From: Terrimicrobiaceae bacterium
GTDB taxonomy: Bacteria > Verrucomicrobiota > Verrucomicrobiia > Chthoniobacterales > Terrimicrobiaceae
Length of the DNA stretch: 48,659 nucleotides
Direction: 5' to 3'
NCBI GenBank assembly: GCA_044342325.1
Contig: JBIIPZ010000024.1
Location: 1-48,659 of the forward strand
The position numbers and the translations under genes are program-made. The number at the start of each line of letters is the position of its first letter. Position 1 is the first letter of the stretch. Below the pieces are notes generated by a model. That model was not told where the DNA came from, searched no databases, and saw nothing but the letters and a program-made list of their open reading frames with translations. Shown here in pieces: positions 10,008 to 20,101 of this stretch.

Positions 10008-11854
10008 ATGATGAGCTGGATGTTGTCCGGCAGGTTTGCGGCGACCTGGCTGGCTACATTGCCTCGAAGAACCTTGGCGAGGGAGTTGCGGTGCGTGGCT
10101 CCGAGGACCAGGAAGTCGGCTCCGATTGTCGCCGCTGTGTCCACGATGAGCGGCGCGCTCTCTGCGGCTGTTGCAAACAATGGAATCGTCGTGATGCCGC
10201 GTGCTTTTCCGATCTGCAGGGCGGTATTGAGGATCGCACTGACCTCGGGATCATCCCGCCAATTGGTTGGCCCGCCGGAGGACTTTCCTGGGTAAAGCAC
10301 TGCGATTTCTCGAACGCAAAGGACATACAGGGCGGCTTTGCGCAGTTCGGCTTCATCAAATGCAAATGCCAGAGCCGGCGTGAGGCCGCGCACGGAAACC
10401 AGGATTTTCTGGGTTTCCTGGACAGGTTTCCTAAGATTTTCGATGAGCTCTGGTTTGACAATCTGGGCCACCTCGCGGCTGACTGTGAGTGTGGTGATGC
10501 CGCTCAGGCGGCGCGCGTAAGCCCAGAGGCCCAGACCGACTATCAAGACGCAGACGACAAAAAACAACGCGTCATGCTTAGTCTGTGCGAGTGTGAACTC
10601 CACCGCGATCAGGATGAGCGCTGTAAAACCCATCAGCAAACGCTCGGGAACCGACATCAGCAGTTTTTTGTTGGTCGCTGATGATGCAAGATTGATGGCA
10701 ATCGCCCCCACGACGCCGATGGCGTAGAGCGCAGCAAGGCTTTCGAAATTGTCTGTGACCAGCAGCACGACAATCGGAAGGGCTACCGAGATCGCCAATG
10801 GCACCTTTGGCACGCCGAGGCGGTTCAGTTTTGAAAACTGCTTCGGCATGTCGCCCTCGCGGGACATCATGAAAAGAAGGCCCAACAGGGCAGCCACAGC
10901 CGTATTCACCGCGCTGAGCAGGAGGAGGGCGAAAATAATACCGACGATGAGCCCGAAAGCGTTTCCGAAAGTGTTTCCGAAAGCCATGGCTCCGTATTGC
11001 TCGGCCATGAAGCGCAGCGTGTCCTCCTTGCGTTCGACGATCTCCGGTGCGAGCGACTCCGGCAGGGAGAGCATCGCCCAGCCAAGGAGAAGTGTGCCCA
11101 AGCTCACTTCAATGGCGACAGGGATGATTGCCTTGGCCGATGTTTTGCCAATGCGAGGATTCCCTGGAGGCGAGCCCTTGTCGGGTTTCATTGTGCCTGT
11201 GAGATTGGCAATCGCCTCGACGCCGCTCAGGGCGAGGATAACGCCAACGAAGGAAATCCAGATATGTCCCCAGCTTCCTTCAAGGGGTCTCAGGTTTTGA
11301 AAGGTGAGGTGGGGGATGCTGAGTGCTATGATGCCAACGATGACAATCACCGTCGGCAGCGCCAAAGCCACTGCGAGATTGCCGCTGTGTCGGGGGCCTA
11401 GCAAATTGATGGCTCCGATTACCAGAATCACCCCGATCGTCGCCACCATGATGTAGTCCTTCGGGATGCCAAGGTAGCTCATGGCCGCCCATCCGCTGAG
11501 TGCCGCAGTGACGGTGAGGTCTGCCACAAGCAGGAGGGCCGCCACAACCGAGAGGACTTTTCCATGCGCACCGGCTGCCGAGTAGACGCCGCCTCCTTCG
11601 GGGAAGCAGCGGCAAATGACAATGTAGTTCAGGCCCACGAGGAGCGAGAGCACGCAGACGGCTATGATGATCGGAAACGAGGAAAAGCCGATTGCCGCAA
11701 AGGTGAGGCCCAAAACATACGCTTTGCTGGTTCCCCAGTCGCCGTAGAGGAGCGCCGAGGCCCGCTGCCAGTCGAGATTGCGGGGGCGTTGAATAGAGAT
11801 GTTGTCCAAAGTGGGAGGAGTTTTCAACAGAGGGGTGGCGTTGTGGCAAATCAA
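9998..11854 (-). CDS. APC-superfamily permease with C-terminal USP-like domain
   Basis: About 12 hydrophobic segments; GGGVYS and SGVEAIAN motifs; C-terminal ADFLVLGA...LRGNVASQV matches the USP fold. Start uncertain. Confidence 0.85.
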   Translation of the reverse strand: MICHNATPLLKTPPTLDNISIQRPRNLDWQRASALLYGDWGTSKAYVLGLTFAAIGFSSFPIIIAVCVLSLLVGLNYIVICRCFPEGGGVYSAAGAHGKVLSVVAALLLVADLTVTAALSGWAAMSYLGIPKDYIMVATIGVILVIGAINLLGPRHSGNLAVALALPTVIVIVGIIALSIPHLTFQNLRPLEGSWGHIWISFVGVILALSGVEAIANLTGTMKPDKGSPPGNPRIGKTSAKAIIPVAIEVSLGTLLLGWAMLSLPESLAPEIVERKEDTLRFMAEQYGAMAFGNTFGNAFGLIVGIIFALLLLSAVNTAVAALLGLLFMMSREGDMPKQFSKLNRLGVPKVPLAISVALPIVVLLVTDNFESLAALYAIGVVGAIAINLASSATNKKLLMSVPERLLMGFTALILIAVEFTLAQTKHDALFFVVCVLIVGLGLWAYARRLSGITTLTVSREVAQIVKPELIENLRKPVQETQKILVSVRGLTPALAFAFDEAELRKAALYVLCVREIAVLYPGKSSGGPTNWRDDPEVSAILNTALQIGKARGITTIPLFATAAESAPLIVDTAATIGADFLVLGATHRNSLAKVLRGNVASQVAANLPDNIQLIIYG

Positions 11855-11918
11855 ATCTTGGCCCCTCCGCGCCTCTGTTGTCTTGCTTGAAGCCCGCTGC
11901 TGCCTTAGCAGGAGGTGA

Positions 11919-13706
11919 GTGAATATCTACGCGAGAACGACCCGCTATTTCCGCCCCTTTGCTTTGGCCACTGCGGGAGGCGTTGGGCTCACTCTGGTAT
12001 CCATCGGATTCAATCTCCTAAAGCCTTGGCCCTTCAAATTCATTGTCGACGGCGTCCTTGACTCGTCGGCTGGAACGGCCGAGACGCGTGTGCTTTTGAA
12101 GGAATGGTTCGGTGCCACCTCGCTATCACTCGTTGTTTTCTGGCTCTGCCTCGCGATGGTTTTGATCAGCCTCCTCGCAGGCTTGGTGAATCTCGGCTCG
12201 AATTACCTTTTCGTCCGCGTGGGGCTCCAGTCTCTGCTGAAGCTGCGCACGGATCTCTACACGGCTTTGCAAAACCTGCCGCTCAAGTTCCACGACTCCC
12301 GTCGCAGTGCAGACTCGAGTTTCCGCGTGGCCTACGACTCGCAGAGTATTCAAACGATTTACAACAAAGGTTTCGCGACCGTGCTGTCATCTGTCGTCAT
12401 GCTGGTGGCGACTTTTTTTGTGATGGTGCGGATGAATTGGCCTCTCACGCTGGCTTCTCTTGCGATTTTGCCGCCGGTGGTCTGGGCGATCCGCTTCTAC
12501 GCCGTTCGCGTGAGGAACCAATCCACCGACATCCATGAACGCGAGAGCGATCTGCTCACCATCGCACAGGAGGGTTTGAGTCAGATCCGCATGGTTCATG
12601 CTTTCGGGCGCGAGTCCTTCGAGGTCGATCAATTCCGCCGCCGTGCCTCGCGTAGCTTAGAGGCGAACATGAAGCTGAACATGACTTCCGTAGCGAGCGC
12701 CCTAGTCGTGGGAACCCTCATGGCTGCTGGAACCGCGCTTATGTATTACATCGGCTCGCTGCAGGTCATGAATCCCGCAGCGTCTTTCACTCTGGGCGAC
12801 CTGCTGGTTTTTTCCTCCTATCTCCTCATGCTCTATCAACCTCTTGAGCAGCTCACCTACACAGCGTGGGCGCTTGAAGGTGCCGCAGCCGGGGCGCAGC
12901 GCTGCTTCGAGGTTCTGGACCGCCAAGACGATGTGCCCGACGCGCCGGATGCTGTGGATTTGAAAGAGGTGAGGGGACGAATCGAGTTTGCAGGGGTTGG
13001 CTTCGGCTACACGGAAGATCGGGGAGTCCTGCAGGATATCAATTTCACCATCGAGCCCGGCCAGACTGTGGCCTTTGTGGGCGGCACGGGCACGGGTAAG
13101 AGCACCCTTTTGAGTCTCGTGCCGAGATTCTACGATCCCACAGGCGGCACGGTATCCCTCGACGGGCGCGACCTCCGCTCCATCACAAAAAAGAGCCTGC
13201 GCTCACACATCGGCATGGTTCTTCAGGACACGCTCCTCTTTTCAACCACGATTCGCGAAAACATCGCCTATGGGAAACCTGGCGCGACGGATGCCGAGAT
13301 CGAGGAGGCTGCGAGAAAAGCCCAAGCGCTGGACTTCATTCAACGCATGCCGAAGGGTTTCGACAGCCCCGTGGGAGAGCGCGGCGGCCACCTGAGCGTC
13401 GGTCAGCGTCAGCGCATCGGCATTGCCCGGGCCTTTCTCAAAAATGCGCCGATTCTTTTATTGGACGAGCCGACCAGCGCCCTCGATCCCAGCACCGAGC
13501 ACGCCATCATGGGAACAATCTTGGAACTCATGAAGGGCAGGACGACCCTCATCATTACCCACCGGCTTACCACCATTCACGGCCTCGGCCGCATCGTGGT
13601 GCTTAAAAATGGAAGTGTTGTGGAAGATGGATCCGGTGCGGAGCTCGTCGCGCGCGGTGGAGCGTATGCGGCCCTCTATCGCGATACCATGGCCCAGAGC
13701 GGGTAA
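11919..13706 (+). CDS. ABC exporter, fused permease/ATPase (MsbA-like)
   Basis: N-terminal TMD, Walker A GGTGTGKST, signature LSVGQRQR, Walker B LLLDEPTSALD; GGAGG before a GTG start. Confidence 0.95.
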   Translation: MNIYARTTRYFRPFALATAGGVGLTLVSIGFNLLKPWPFKFIVDGVLDSSAGTAETRVLLKEWFGATSLSLVVFWLCLAMVLISLLAGLVNLGSNYLFVRVGLQSLLKLRTDLYTALQNLPLKFHDSRRSADSSFRVAYDSQSIQTIYNKGFATVLSSVVMLVATFFVMVRMNWPLTLASLAILPPVVWAIRFYAVRVRNQSTDIHERESDLLTIAQEGLSQIRMVHAFGRESFEVDQFRRRASRSLEANMKLNMTSVASALVVGTLMAAGTALMYYIGSLQVMNPAASFTLGDLLVFSSYLLMLYQPLEQLTYTAWALEGAAAGAQRCFEVLDRQDDVPDAPDAVDLKEVRGRIEFAGVGFGYTEDRGVLQDINFTIEPGQTVAFVGGTGTGKSTLLSLVPRFYDPTGGTVSLDGRDLRSITKKSLRSHIGMVLQDTLLFSTTIRENIAYGKPGATDAEIEEAARKAQALDFIQRMPKGFDSPVGERGGHLSVGQRQRIGIARAFLKNAPILLLDEPTSALDPSTEHAIMGTILELMKGRTTLIITHRLTTIHGLGRIVVLKNGSVVEDGSGAELVARGGAYAALYRDTMAQSG

Positions 13707-13716
13707 CCCGCTGTCT

Positions 13717-14439
13717 TCATTTTGCCGCCTTCTTAGGTTTTGTCGCCTTGGCCTTAGGAGCTGCTTCCTCTGGTGCCGCAGCCTCCTCAGCGGGGGCTTC
13801 AGTCGCGGGTGCGCTCGCTGGCTCCTCGTCCGCTGGCGGTTGATCACTTTTATCGGTCGAGAGCAAGGAATCCACAAGCGCCTGATTGGACTCAGCGGAT
13901 TCCGCTGCAGGCTCGGCCTCCGCTGGACTTTCTTTGTCGCCTGAGAGCAGGGAATCTATGAACGCCTGATTGGAATCAAAAGATTCTGCAGAAGGCTCCG
14001 CGGGAGCGTTCTGAATTTCTGGAATCAATGGCGCAAAAGTTGGCTTCGGCGGCGGCGCGGGACGCTCGAATGTCGCAGACTGGTCGCGCTCTGGGAGCTC
14101 GGACAGTAGGCGGTCAACGATTTCAAAAATCTCTTCTTCGACACGCACAGGATTGCTTTCCTTCAAGACAAACATCGACCGCTTGTCCTCATCCGGAAGT
14201 TCCGTCCAACCTTGTATGCTGTAGTCCTTCGATGTTCCGGTCTGCCGTGCTTGGATCGAGGCCTTCGTTTTGGCGACACCCGAGGCATTCTTAAGAACAA
14301 TCTGCAGCGAACCCGTGCGCTCGCTGAAGTTCACTGAGCGCTGAAAACCCCACGAGCCGCCGCCAAGTGGGGGCGAGGAGAGTGCGTCTTTGATGAACGA
14401 TTCCGCCAAATCGACAAAACCAAATGAGGTTATTTTCAT
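13717..14439 (-). CDS. Hypothetical protein with a low-complexity Ala/Glu/Pro tail and an internal 28-aa duplication
   Basis: Fills the intergenic space with an ATG start; no family recognised. Confidence 0.65.
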   Translation of the reverse strand: MKITSFGFVDLAESFIKDALSSPPLGGGSWGFQRSVNFSERTGSLQIVLKNASGVAKTKASIQARQTGTSKDYSIQGWTELPDEDKRSMFVLKESNPVRVEEEIFEIVDRLLSELPERDQSATFERPAPPPKPTFAPLIPEIQNAPAEPSAESFDSNQAFIDSLLSGDKESPAEAEPAAESAESNQALVDSLLSTDKSDQPPADEEPASAPATEAPAEEAAAPEEAAPKAKATKPKKAAK

Positions 14440-14566
14440 AGTCCAACTGCATCAACATCCCAATCCTCTCGCGGTGTCAAGTTTGTGATGGGGGAAGCTT
14501 GAATGCCGGAATTCTTCTGGTAGCATCACAAGTTGGATGTATTTATCTTCCTCCTGCTAAGACCTG

Positions 14567-15964
14567 ATGGCTCTTGACCGCATATTGATTGTTGATGACA
14601 CCGCGATTATTCGCAAATCCCTCGAGGAGCGACTGCGGGGCAAGCGGTATGCCGTTTCCACGGCGGGGTCGATTGCGGAGGCCGAAAAGCGCCTCGCGGC
14701 CAATTCGTTTGATCTCATCTTCCTCGACATGGAATTGCCCGATGGCGACGGGCGAGTCTTCATCGAACGCGTCTCCCACAATGACAATAAACCGCTTGTA
14801 GTAATGATTACTGCAAACGGATCGATCGAATCCGTCGTGGAGTGCATGAGGTTGGGGGCTTTCGATTACCTTCCCAAGCCGTTTGCGATGACGCAAATCG
14901 ACCTGATTCTCAAGAAGGCCGCCGAGTTCCAGCGTGCGGTTCGCGTCACGGATTTTCTCAATCGCGAAAGCGTCGCCCGCCGCGAGATCATTGGAAACAG
15001 CCCTGCCATCACCCGCTTGAAAGATCTCATCCATCGTGTCGGCAGGACCAATGCCACGGTCATGATCAGCGGCGAAAATGGAACGGGTAAAGAGTTGGTG
15101 GCAAATGAGATTTTTCTCAATAGTCAGCGAGCGAACAAGCCCTTCATCAAGGTTAACTGCGCCGCCATTTCCGAGACGCTCATCGAAAGCGAATTCTTCG
15201 GCCACGAAAAAGGCTCCTTTACTGGCGCGACCGACCAGCGGGATGGCCGATTCGAATTGGCTGATGGCGGCACCATTCTCCTCGACGAGATCAGTGAGAT
15301 CTCCCTCGCCCTCCAGGCCAAGCTCCTCCGCGTTCTCCAAGAGCGGGAATTCGAACGCGTCGGAGGAAATAAAACCATCAAAGTCGATGTGCGCGTCGTC
15401 GCCACTACGAACCGCGACCTTCTCAAGGCAGTTCAGAAAGGCGACTTTCGCGAGGATCTCTACTACCGCCTCAATGTTTTCCCCATCCAAGTCCCGCCAC
15501 TCCGCGAACGCACGGGGGATGTCGAACTCCTCGCCAATCATTTTCTCGAGCGTTTTTCCAAGGAACACGGCATCAAAAGCGGTGGGTTTTCTGAAAGCGG
15601 CATAGCTGGACTGCTCGCCCACAATTGGCCCGGCAATGTGCGCGAACTCCAAAATGTCGTCGAACGCGCCGCCATCCTCGCCGAGGAAGGAGTGCCCATC
15701 AGCGCCGAACTCATGGGGCTCACCCCGCCAGCGCCCGTTGCTACACCCCAGGCGGCTCCCGTCGTTCAAGAATCCGCTGCTCCGGCTCCCGCTTCGAATT
15801 CCGAAGTGATGCCACTCCACGAACTCGAAAAACGCGCCATCTTCGAAGCCCTCGAGCGCACAAACGGCAACCGCACGCAAGCCGCCGAGCTCCTCCAGAT
15901 CAGCATCCGCACCCTCCGCAACAAGCTTGCCGAATACCGGGGCGACAACGAGGAAGCAGCCTGA
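14567..15964 (+). CDS. Sigma54-dependent response regulator (NtrC/AtoC family)
   Basis: Receiver domain (ILIVDD, LDMELPDGDG, KPF), AAA+ GENGTGKE, ESEFFGHEKGSFTGA, DLYYRLNV, WPGNVREL, and a Fis-type HTH. Confidence 0.96.
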   Translation: MALDRILIVDDTAIIRKSLEERLRGKRYAVSTAGSIAEAEKRLAANSFDLIFLDMELPDGDGRVFIERVSHNDNKPLVVMITANGSIESVVECMRLGAFDYLPKPFAMTQIDLILKKAAEFQRAVRVTDFLNRESVARREIIGNSPAITRLKDLIHRVGRTNATVMISGENGTGKELVANEIFLNSQRANKPFIKVNCAAISETLIESEFFGHEKGSFTGATDQRDGRFELADGGTILLDEISEISLALQAKLLRVLQEREFERVGGNKTIKVDVRVVATTNRDLLKAVQKGDFREDLYYRLNVFPIQVPPLRERTGDVELLANHFLERFSKEHGIKSGGFSESGIAGLLAHNWPGNVRELQNVVERAAILAEEGVPISAELMGLTPPAPVATPQAAPVVQESAAPAPASNSEVMPLHELEKRAIFEALERTNGNRTQAAELLQISIRTLRNKLAEYRGDNEEAA

Positions 15965-15974
15965 TTTTTTCGCA

Positions 15975-16004
15975 TTGACACCATCCCCTCGCGGAAGCCA
16001 TTCT
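15975..16004 (+). promoter_or_regulatory. Candidate sigma70 promoter; implies a leaderless or near-leaderless mRNA for the ORF at 16013
   Basis: TTGACA-N18-CATTCT, ending 8 nt before GTG 16013. Confidence 0.55.
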
Positions 16005-16012
16005 CCGCGCCC

Positions 16013-16417
16013 GTGTCTACGCTCCGTCGAAAAATCCTCGCTTCCTGCGGCCAAGTCATAGCCGCCGTAGCGTTGTTTTTTATCATCGGTGGCCACTGGG
16101 GAGTCCTGCAAACCGTGGCCTGGGCGAACATGATTTGGACCTACTCCACGCAGGACGGCTCAGTCCTTGCCGGTGCGAAAAAAACCTTCGATGGCGAGCA
16201 CCCCTGCAACATGTGCGATTCGATCAAGGAGGCCAAAAAGCAGGAAAAGAAAGCCCCCGAGATTTTGTCGGCCACCAAGAAAATCGAACTCTTCGCCCTC
16301 AACGATGCCAACCTCCTCCCCGTGCCCGTGAGCGCCCCGTTCCAATTTCCTCTCCCCCGGAATCTCACGGCGGAATCCCGCCCGCATTCCCCAGCCACTC
16401 CCGTGCCCATAGCCTGA
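16013..16417 (+). CDS. Small membrane protein with CxxC and Pro-rich C-terminus upstream of a TonB-dependent receptor (DUF2946/CruR-like)
   Basis: N-terminal hydrophobic segment, GGHW, HPCNMC, C-terminus RPHSPATPVPIA; first gene of the TBDR operon. Confidence 0.7.
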   Translation: MSTLRRKILASCGQVIAAVALFFIIGGHWGVLQTVAWANMIWTYSTQDGSVLAGAKKTFDGEHPCNMCDSIKEAKKQEKKAPEILSATKKIELFALNDANLLPVPVSAPFQFPLPRNLTAESRPHSPATPVPIA

Positions 16418-16590
16418 GGCGCGTGATTCTTTTCTAAAAAGCCGGACCCCTCGTCCGGATCAACCCAAGCCTTGGGCGCCGCACATTTCTTCGCGGCCAT
16501 AAAAACCTCGGCCTCCTCTGCGGCATCACTTTTGTGCGTTCGATGTCGAACGCCACGCGGAGGGATGAATATCTAAATATTGTTAAATAA

Positions 16591-18804
16591 ATGAAAAAAA
16601 ATACTTTAAAACAAATTTTACAGCCTTGCCTCGCTTTGGTTGGCGCTCTTTTGCTATCCACGGCAGCAGCCTTTGCGGAGCCTGAGCCATCTCCCTCACC
16701 ATCACCCACTCCTAGTCCTGAAGCCCCTCAAGTTCTTCCGGAAACGGTTGTGACCGCAAAACCAGAGTCTTTGACAAACCCCTCCATTTCAAGCCGCAGG
16801 GAGCAAATTGACGAAACAGTCGGAGCCGGTGAGATCATCGATGCCGAGACCTACAAGCGCGGACGCTCCACGACATTGAAAGACGCCTTGGATTTCGCGC
16901 CGGGTGTATTCGTCCAACCGCGTTTTGGCGCTGAGGAGGCGCGTATTTCGATTCGTGGTTCGGGCATTCAGCGCACTTTCCACGGCCGTGGACTCAAGCT
17001 CTTGCAGGATGGCATCCCAATCAACCTTGCCGATGGAAGTTTCGACTTTCAAGTGATCGAGCCTCTAGCTTCGAAGGCTGTGGAGGTCTTTCGCGGCTCG
17101 AATGGCTTGGAATACGGAGCGACAACGCTTGGTGGCGCGCTGAATTTTATTTCCTACACCGGATACGACGCGCCGTTGCTCGACGCCCGCTTTGAATTTG
17201 GAAGTTTCAATACCTACCGGGCGCAGCTTGCCAGCGGCGATGTGGTCGGCCCGTTCGACTACTATGTGAGCCTCACGCATTTTTCCACAGATGGGTATCG
17301 TGAGCACAGCAGTCAGAACAACCAGCGTCTCTTTGCCAACCTCGGCTGGAAATTCAATAACGAGCTTGAGACCCGCTTCTATGTGGCCGTCGCTCAGACG
17401 GATTCCGAACTCCCCGGCAGCTTAACGGCTGCGCAACTGGATGAGGATCCCACCCAGGCGCAACGCGTTCCGCCGTTTCTGCGTTCGCGTCAACCCGTGG
17501 CGCGTTTCGACTATGTTACCAGCAACTGGAAGCGCGATTACGACCTGATTCGTATCGCGAACAAGACGACTTGGCAGATTGATGACAACCGTCTCAGTAT
17601 CGGTGGCTTCTGGTCGCGCAAGGATTTGGATCACCCGATCCTTTTCGTCATCGACCAGTTGACGAACGATTTCGGTGTCTCCCTGCGCAATGATTACACC
17701 GGCGATTTTATGGGTCATAAAAACAGCCTCATTTTCGGATTCTCGCCAACCTGGGGATATGTCAACGACTCGCGTTTTGTGAACAATTTCGGCGAGCGTG
17801 GAAGTCAGTTTGCGAGCACCGACCAGTTTGCGCTGAATCTGGATTTCTACCTGCAGGAGCAATTCTGGATCAATTCGCAGTGGGCGCTCTGCGTCGGTTC
17901 GCAATTGAACTATGTGCAGCGCACCAGCACTGACAACTGGCCCACGGGCCCCGACAACAGCGATTCCCAAAGCTGGTGGGGAGTCAGTCCCAAGGCAGGA
18001 TTCCTTTATCAACCAGTCAAAGAGGTTCAATTCTACACAGACTTCAGTCGCAGCTTCGAGCCGCCCTCATTTGGCGAACTGGTCGAGGCTTCAAATGGCC
18101 AGGTCGGACTTGTCCAACTCGACGCCCAAACCGGATCAACGATCGAAATCGGCACGCGCGGGCGCTTCAAGCATCTGACATGGGATCTTTGCTACTATTA
18201 TTCCTGGATGCAAAATGAGCTCATGGCTTATGAGATCGCGCCGGGCCTCACGCAAACGGTGAACGCCGACGACACGCGCCATCAAGGAGTCGAGTTCGCA
18301 GCGAACTGGGATATCTTCTACAATCTCTTCACCCAAGAAAAAGCCGACTCGAAGGGCTTTGAAGGAGACTACTCGAGTGAGCAGCCCGATTTCGACCGGG
18401 TTTTGCTGAGGGTAAACTACCTCTGGAACAACTTCGCCTATGTCAACGACGCGGTGTATGGAAACAACCTGCTTCCAGGTATTCCCGAACACTACATCCG
18501 GGCTGAATTGCTCTACGAGCACCCGTGCGGATTCTACATTGGGCCGAATTTCGAGTATGTGCCGGTGGGCTACAGCATCGACTCCGCAGGCACTGTGTTC
18601 ACCGACAGCTATGCACTCCTTGGAGCCAAGATCGGCTGGCGCTCGCCCACGGGCTTGTCGGCCTACTTCGAGGTGCGAAACATTGTTGATACCACCTACA
18701 CCGCGACCTCCGGCGTTGTTGCAAATGCCAATGGACTTGATGTGGCCCAGTTCCTGCCTGGGGATGGTCGTGGGTTTTACTTTGGGGTAGAATATCGCTG
18801 GTAA
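16591..18804 (+). CDS. TonB-dependent outer-membrane receptor
   Basis: Signal peptide, PS-rich linker, TonB box ETVVTA, plug motifs (SIRGSG, LQDGIP, EVFRG, GGALNFIS), terminal GVEYRW. Confidence 0.95.
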   Translation: MKKNTLKQILQPCLALVGALLLSTAAAFAEPEPSPSPSPTPSPEAPQVLPETVVTAKPESLTNPSISSRREQIDETVGAGEIIDAETYKRGRSTTLKDALDFAPGVFVQPRFGAEEARISIRGSGIQRTFHGRGLKLLQDGIPINLADGSFDFQVIEPLASKAVEVFRGSNGLEYGATTLGGALNFISYTGYDAPLLDARFEFGSFNTYRAQLASGDVVGPFDYYVSLTHFSTDGYREHSSQNNQRLFANLGWKFNNELETRFYVAVAQTDSELPGSLTAAQLDEDPTQAQRVPPFLRSRQPVARFDYVTSNWKRDYDLIRIANKTTWQIDDNRLSIGGFWSRKDLDHPILFVIDQLTNDFGVSLRNDYTGDFMGHKNSLIFGFSPTWGYVNDSRFVNNFGERGSQFASTDQFALNLDFYLQEQFWINSQWALCVGSQLNYVQRTSTDNWPTGPDNSDSQSWWGVSPKAGFLYQPVKEVQFYTDFSRSFEPPSFGELVEASNGQVGLVQLDAQTGSTIEIGTRGRFKHLTWDLCYYYSWMQNELMAYEIAPGLTQTVNADDTRHQGVEFAANWDIFYNLFTQEKADSKGFEGDYSSEQPDFDRVLLRVNYLWNNFAYVNDAVYGNNLLPGIPEHYIRAELLYEHPCGFYIGPNFEYVPVGYSIDSAGTVFTDSYALLGAKIGWRSPTGLSAYFEVRNIVDTTYTATSGVVANANGLDVAQFLPGDGRGFYFGVEYRW

Positions 18805-19499
18805 TGAAAGCTTCCACTCTCCGTCGTCTCCACCGCTGGCTCGGGCTGATTTTCAGCCTGAGCATCCTGGCCTCCGCCCTCAGCGGCGTGCTCCATACCA
18901 TCATGGCCAACAAGCAACCACCGCCGCCTGCAGTCAAGCCGAGCGGATCTTTTCTCGATCCTTCAGCGATTCGAATCGGAGTTGCCGATGCCATGAAAAA
19001 TCTTGCGCCGGATTTTGGAAATGTGGCCGCCATCAATCTCAGAATGATCGGTGGCGAGCCATGGTATCAAATCTACGGAGCCTCTCCCGTGCCATCCTAT
19101 GTCAGTGCGTTGGACGGCCGTATCGAGCCCTCGCAGGATGAAAAATACGGAGCCGAGATTGCAGAGAGGTTTCTCGGTGGCGCGAAGGTCGCGAAGACTG
19201 ATTACCTGACCTCCTTCAACAAGGAATACATCAACATTTTTCGGGTGCTCCCGGTTTATCGCTTTGATAGCGAGGATGGCCGAGGGACCCGCGTCTATGT
19301 GAGCACAACCACGGGAAGCGTGACTCGATACACGAATGATCAGATGCAGTTTGAGGCAAATGTTTTCAGCAACTTTCACAAGTTGGCATTCATTCCAGAC
19401 CGCAAGACGCGCGATATCGTGCTCGTCACGCTCACCGGCGGCACGGCCCTCGCGGCTTTGGCTGGTGTTTTCCTGTTTTTCTACACGCGCCGGAAATAA
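18804..19499 (+). CDS. PepSY-associated TM helix protein
   Basis: RRLHRWLGLIF N-terminus, PepSY-like VYRF...VYVS..TG, FHKL and a C-terminal TM; 1-nt overlap with the receptor gene. Confidence 0.85.
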   Translation: MKASTLRRLHRWLGLIFSLSILASALSGVLHTIMANKQPPPPAVKPSGSFLDPSAIRIGVADAMKNLAPDFGNVAAINLRMIGGEPWYQIYGASPVPSYVSALDGRIEPSQDEKYGAEIAERFLGGAKVAKTDYLTSFNKEYINIFRVLPVYRFDSEDGRGTRVYVSTTTGSVTRYTNDQMQFEANVFSNFHKLAFIPDRKTRDIVLVTLTGGTALAALAGVFLFFYTRRK

Positions 19500-19504
19500 T
19501 CCTA

Positions 19505-20098
19505 ATGATCGAAATTTTTCACAAAGGCGGCCCGATCATGTGGCCGCTGTTGCTTGTCTCAGTGGTTGCTTTGACAGTTGTCATCGAGCGCCTGGTCTTC
19601 ATCGCCTTGGAAAAAAAGAACCGCAATCCCGCATTGGTCGGCGATATTTTAACCAAGGTGGAAAACGGGCATGTGGATGAGGCCGCTCGGTTGGGGGAGG
19701 GGTCGAAGGACTTTGTCGCTCGGGCCCTGACCTATGCGCTCACACATCGCGAGAAGTCCTTCAGCGAGGCCATGCTGCGCTCGGCAAATTGGGAACTCAA
19801 GCGCTTCAACCGGGGACTTACCCTCCTCGATACAGCCATCACGCTTGCCCCGTTGCTGGGACTGCTTGGAACCGTGATAGGAATGATCGGGAGTTTCAAT
19901 ATGCTGGGAGGGTCTGAATTGGGCGCCCCCGCTGCGATCACCGGAGGCATCGCCGAGGCACTCATTGCGACGGCATTCGGCTTGGGCATTGCGATAACAG
20001 CCCTGCTGCCATTCAACTATCTCAACGCCCGCGAAGAGGAGGCCCGGCTGGAAATCCAAGATGCCGCCAGCCATGTGGAGCTGCATCTGAAAAAGTAG
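19505..20098 (+). CDS. exbB: MotA/TolQ/ExbB proton channel protein
   Basis: GGPIMWPL, APLLGLLGTVIGMI, GIAEALIATAFGL. Confidence 0.92.
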   Translation: MIEIFHKGGPIMWPLLLVSVVALTVVIERLVFIALEKKNRNPALVGDILTKVENGHVDEAARLGEGSKDFVARALTYALTHREKSFSEAMLRSANWELKRFNRGLTLLDTAITLAPLLGLLGTVIGMIGSFNMLGGSELGAPAAITGGIAEALIATAFGLGIAITALLPFNYLNAREEEARLEIQDAASHVELHLKK

Positions 20099-20101
20099 GC
20101 G

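Noticed and set aside
14543..16111. 522-aa ORF on the minus strand
   Set aside because: Antisense shadow of the sigma54 activator gene.
16678..16725. PS/PT repeat at the receptor N-terminus
   Set aside because: An ordinary low-complexity linker after the signal peptide.
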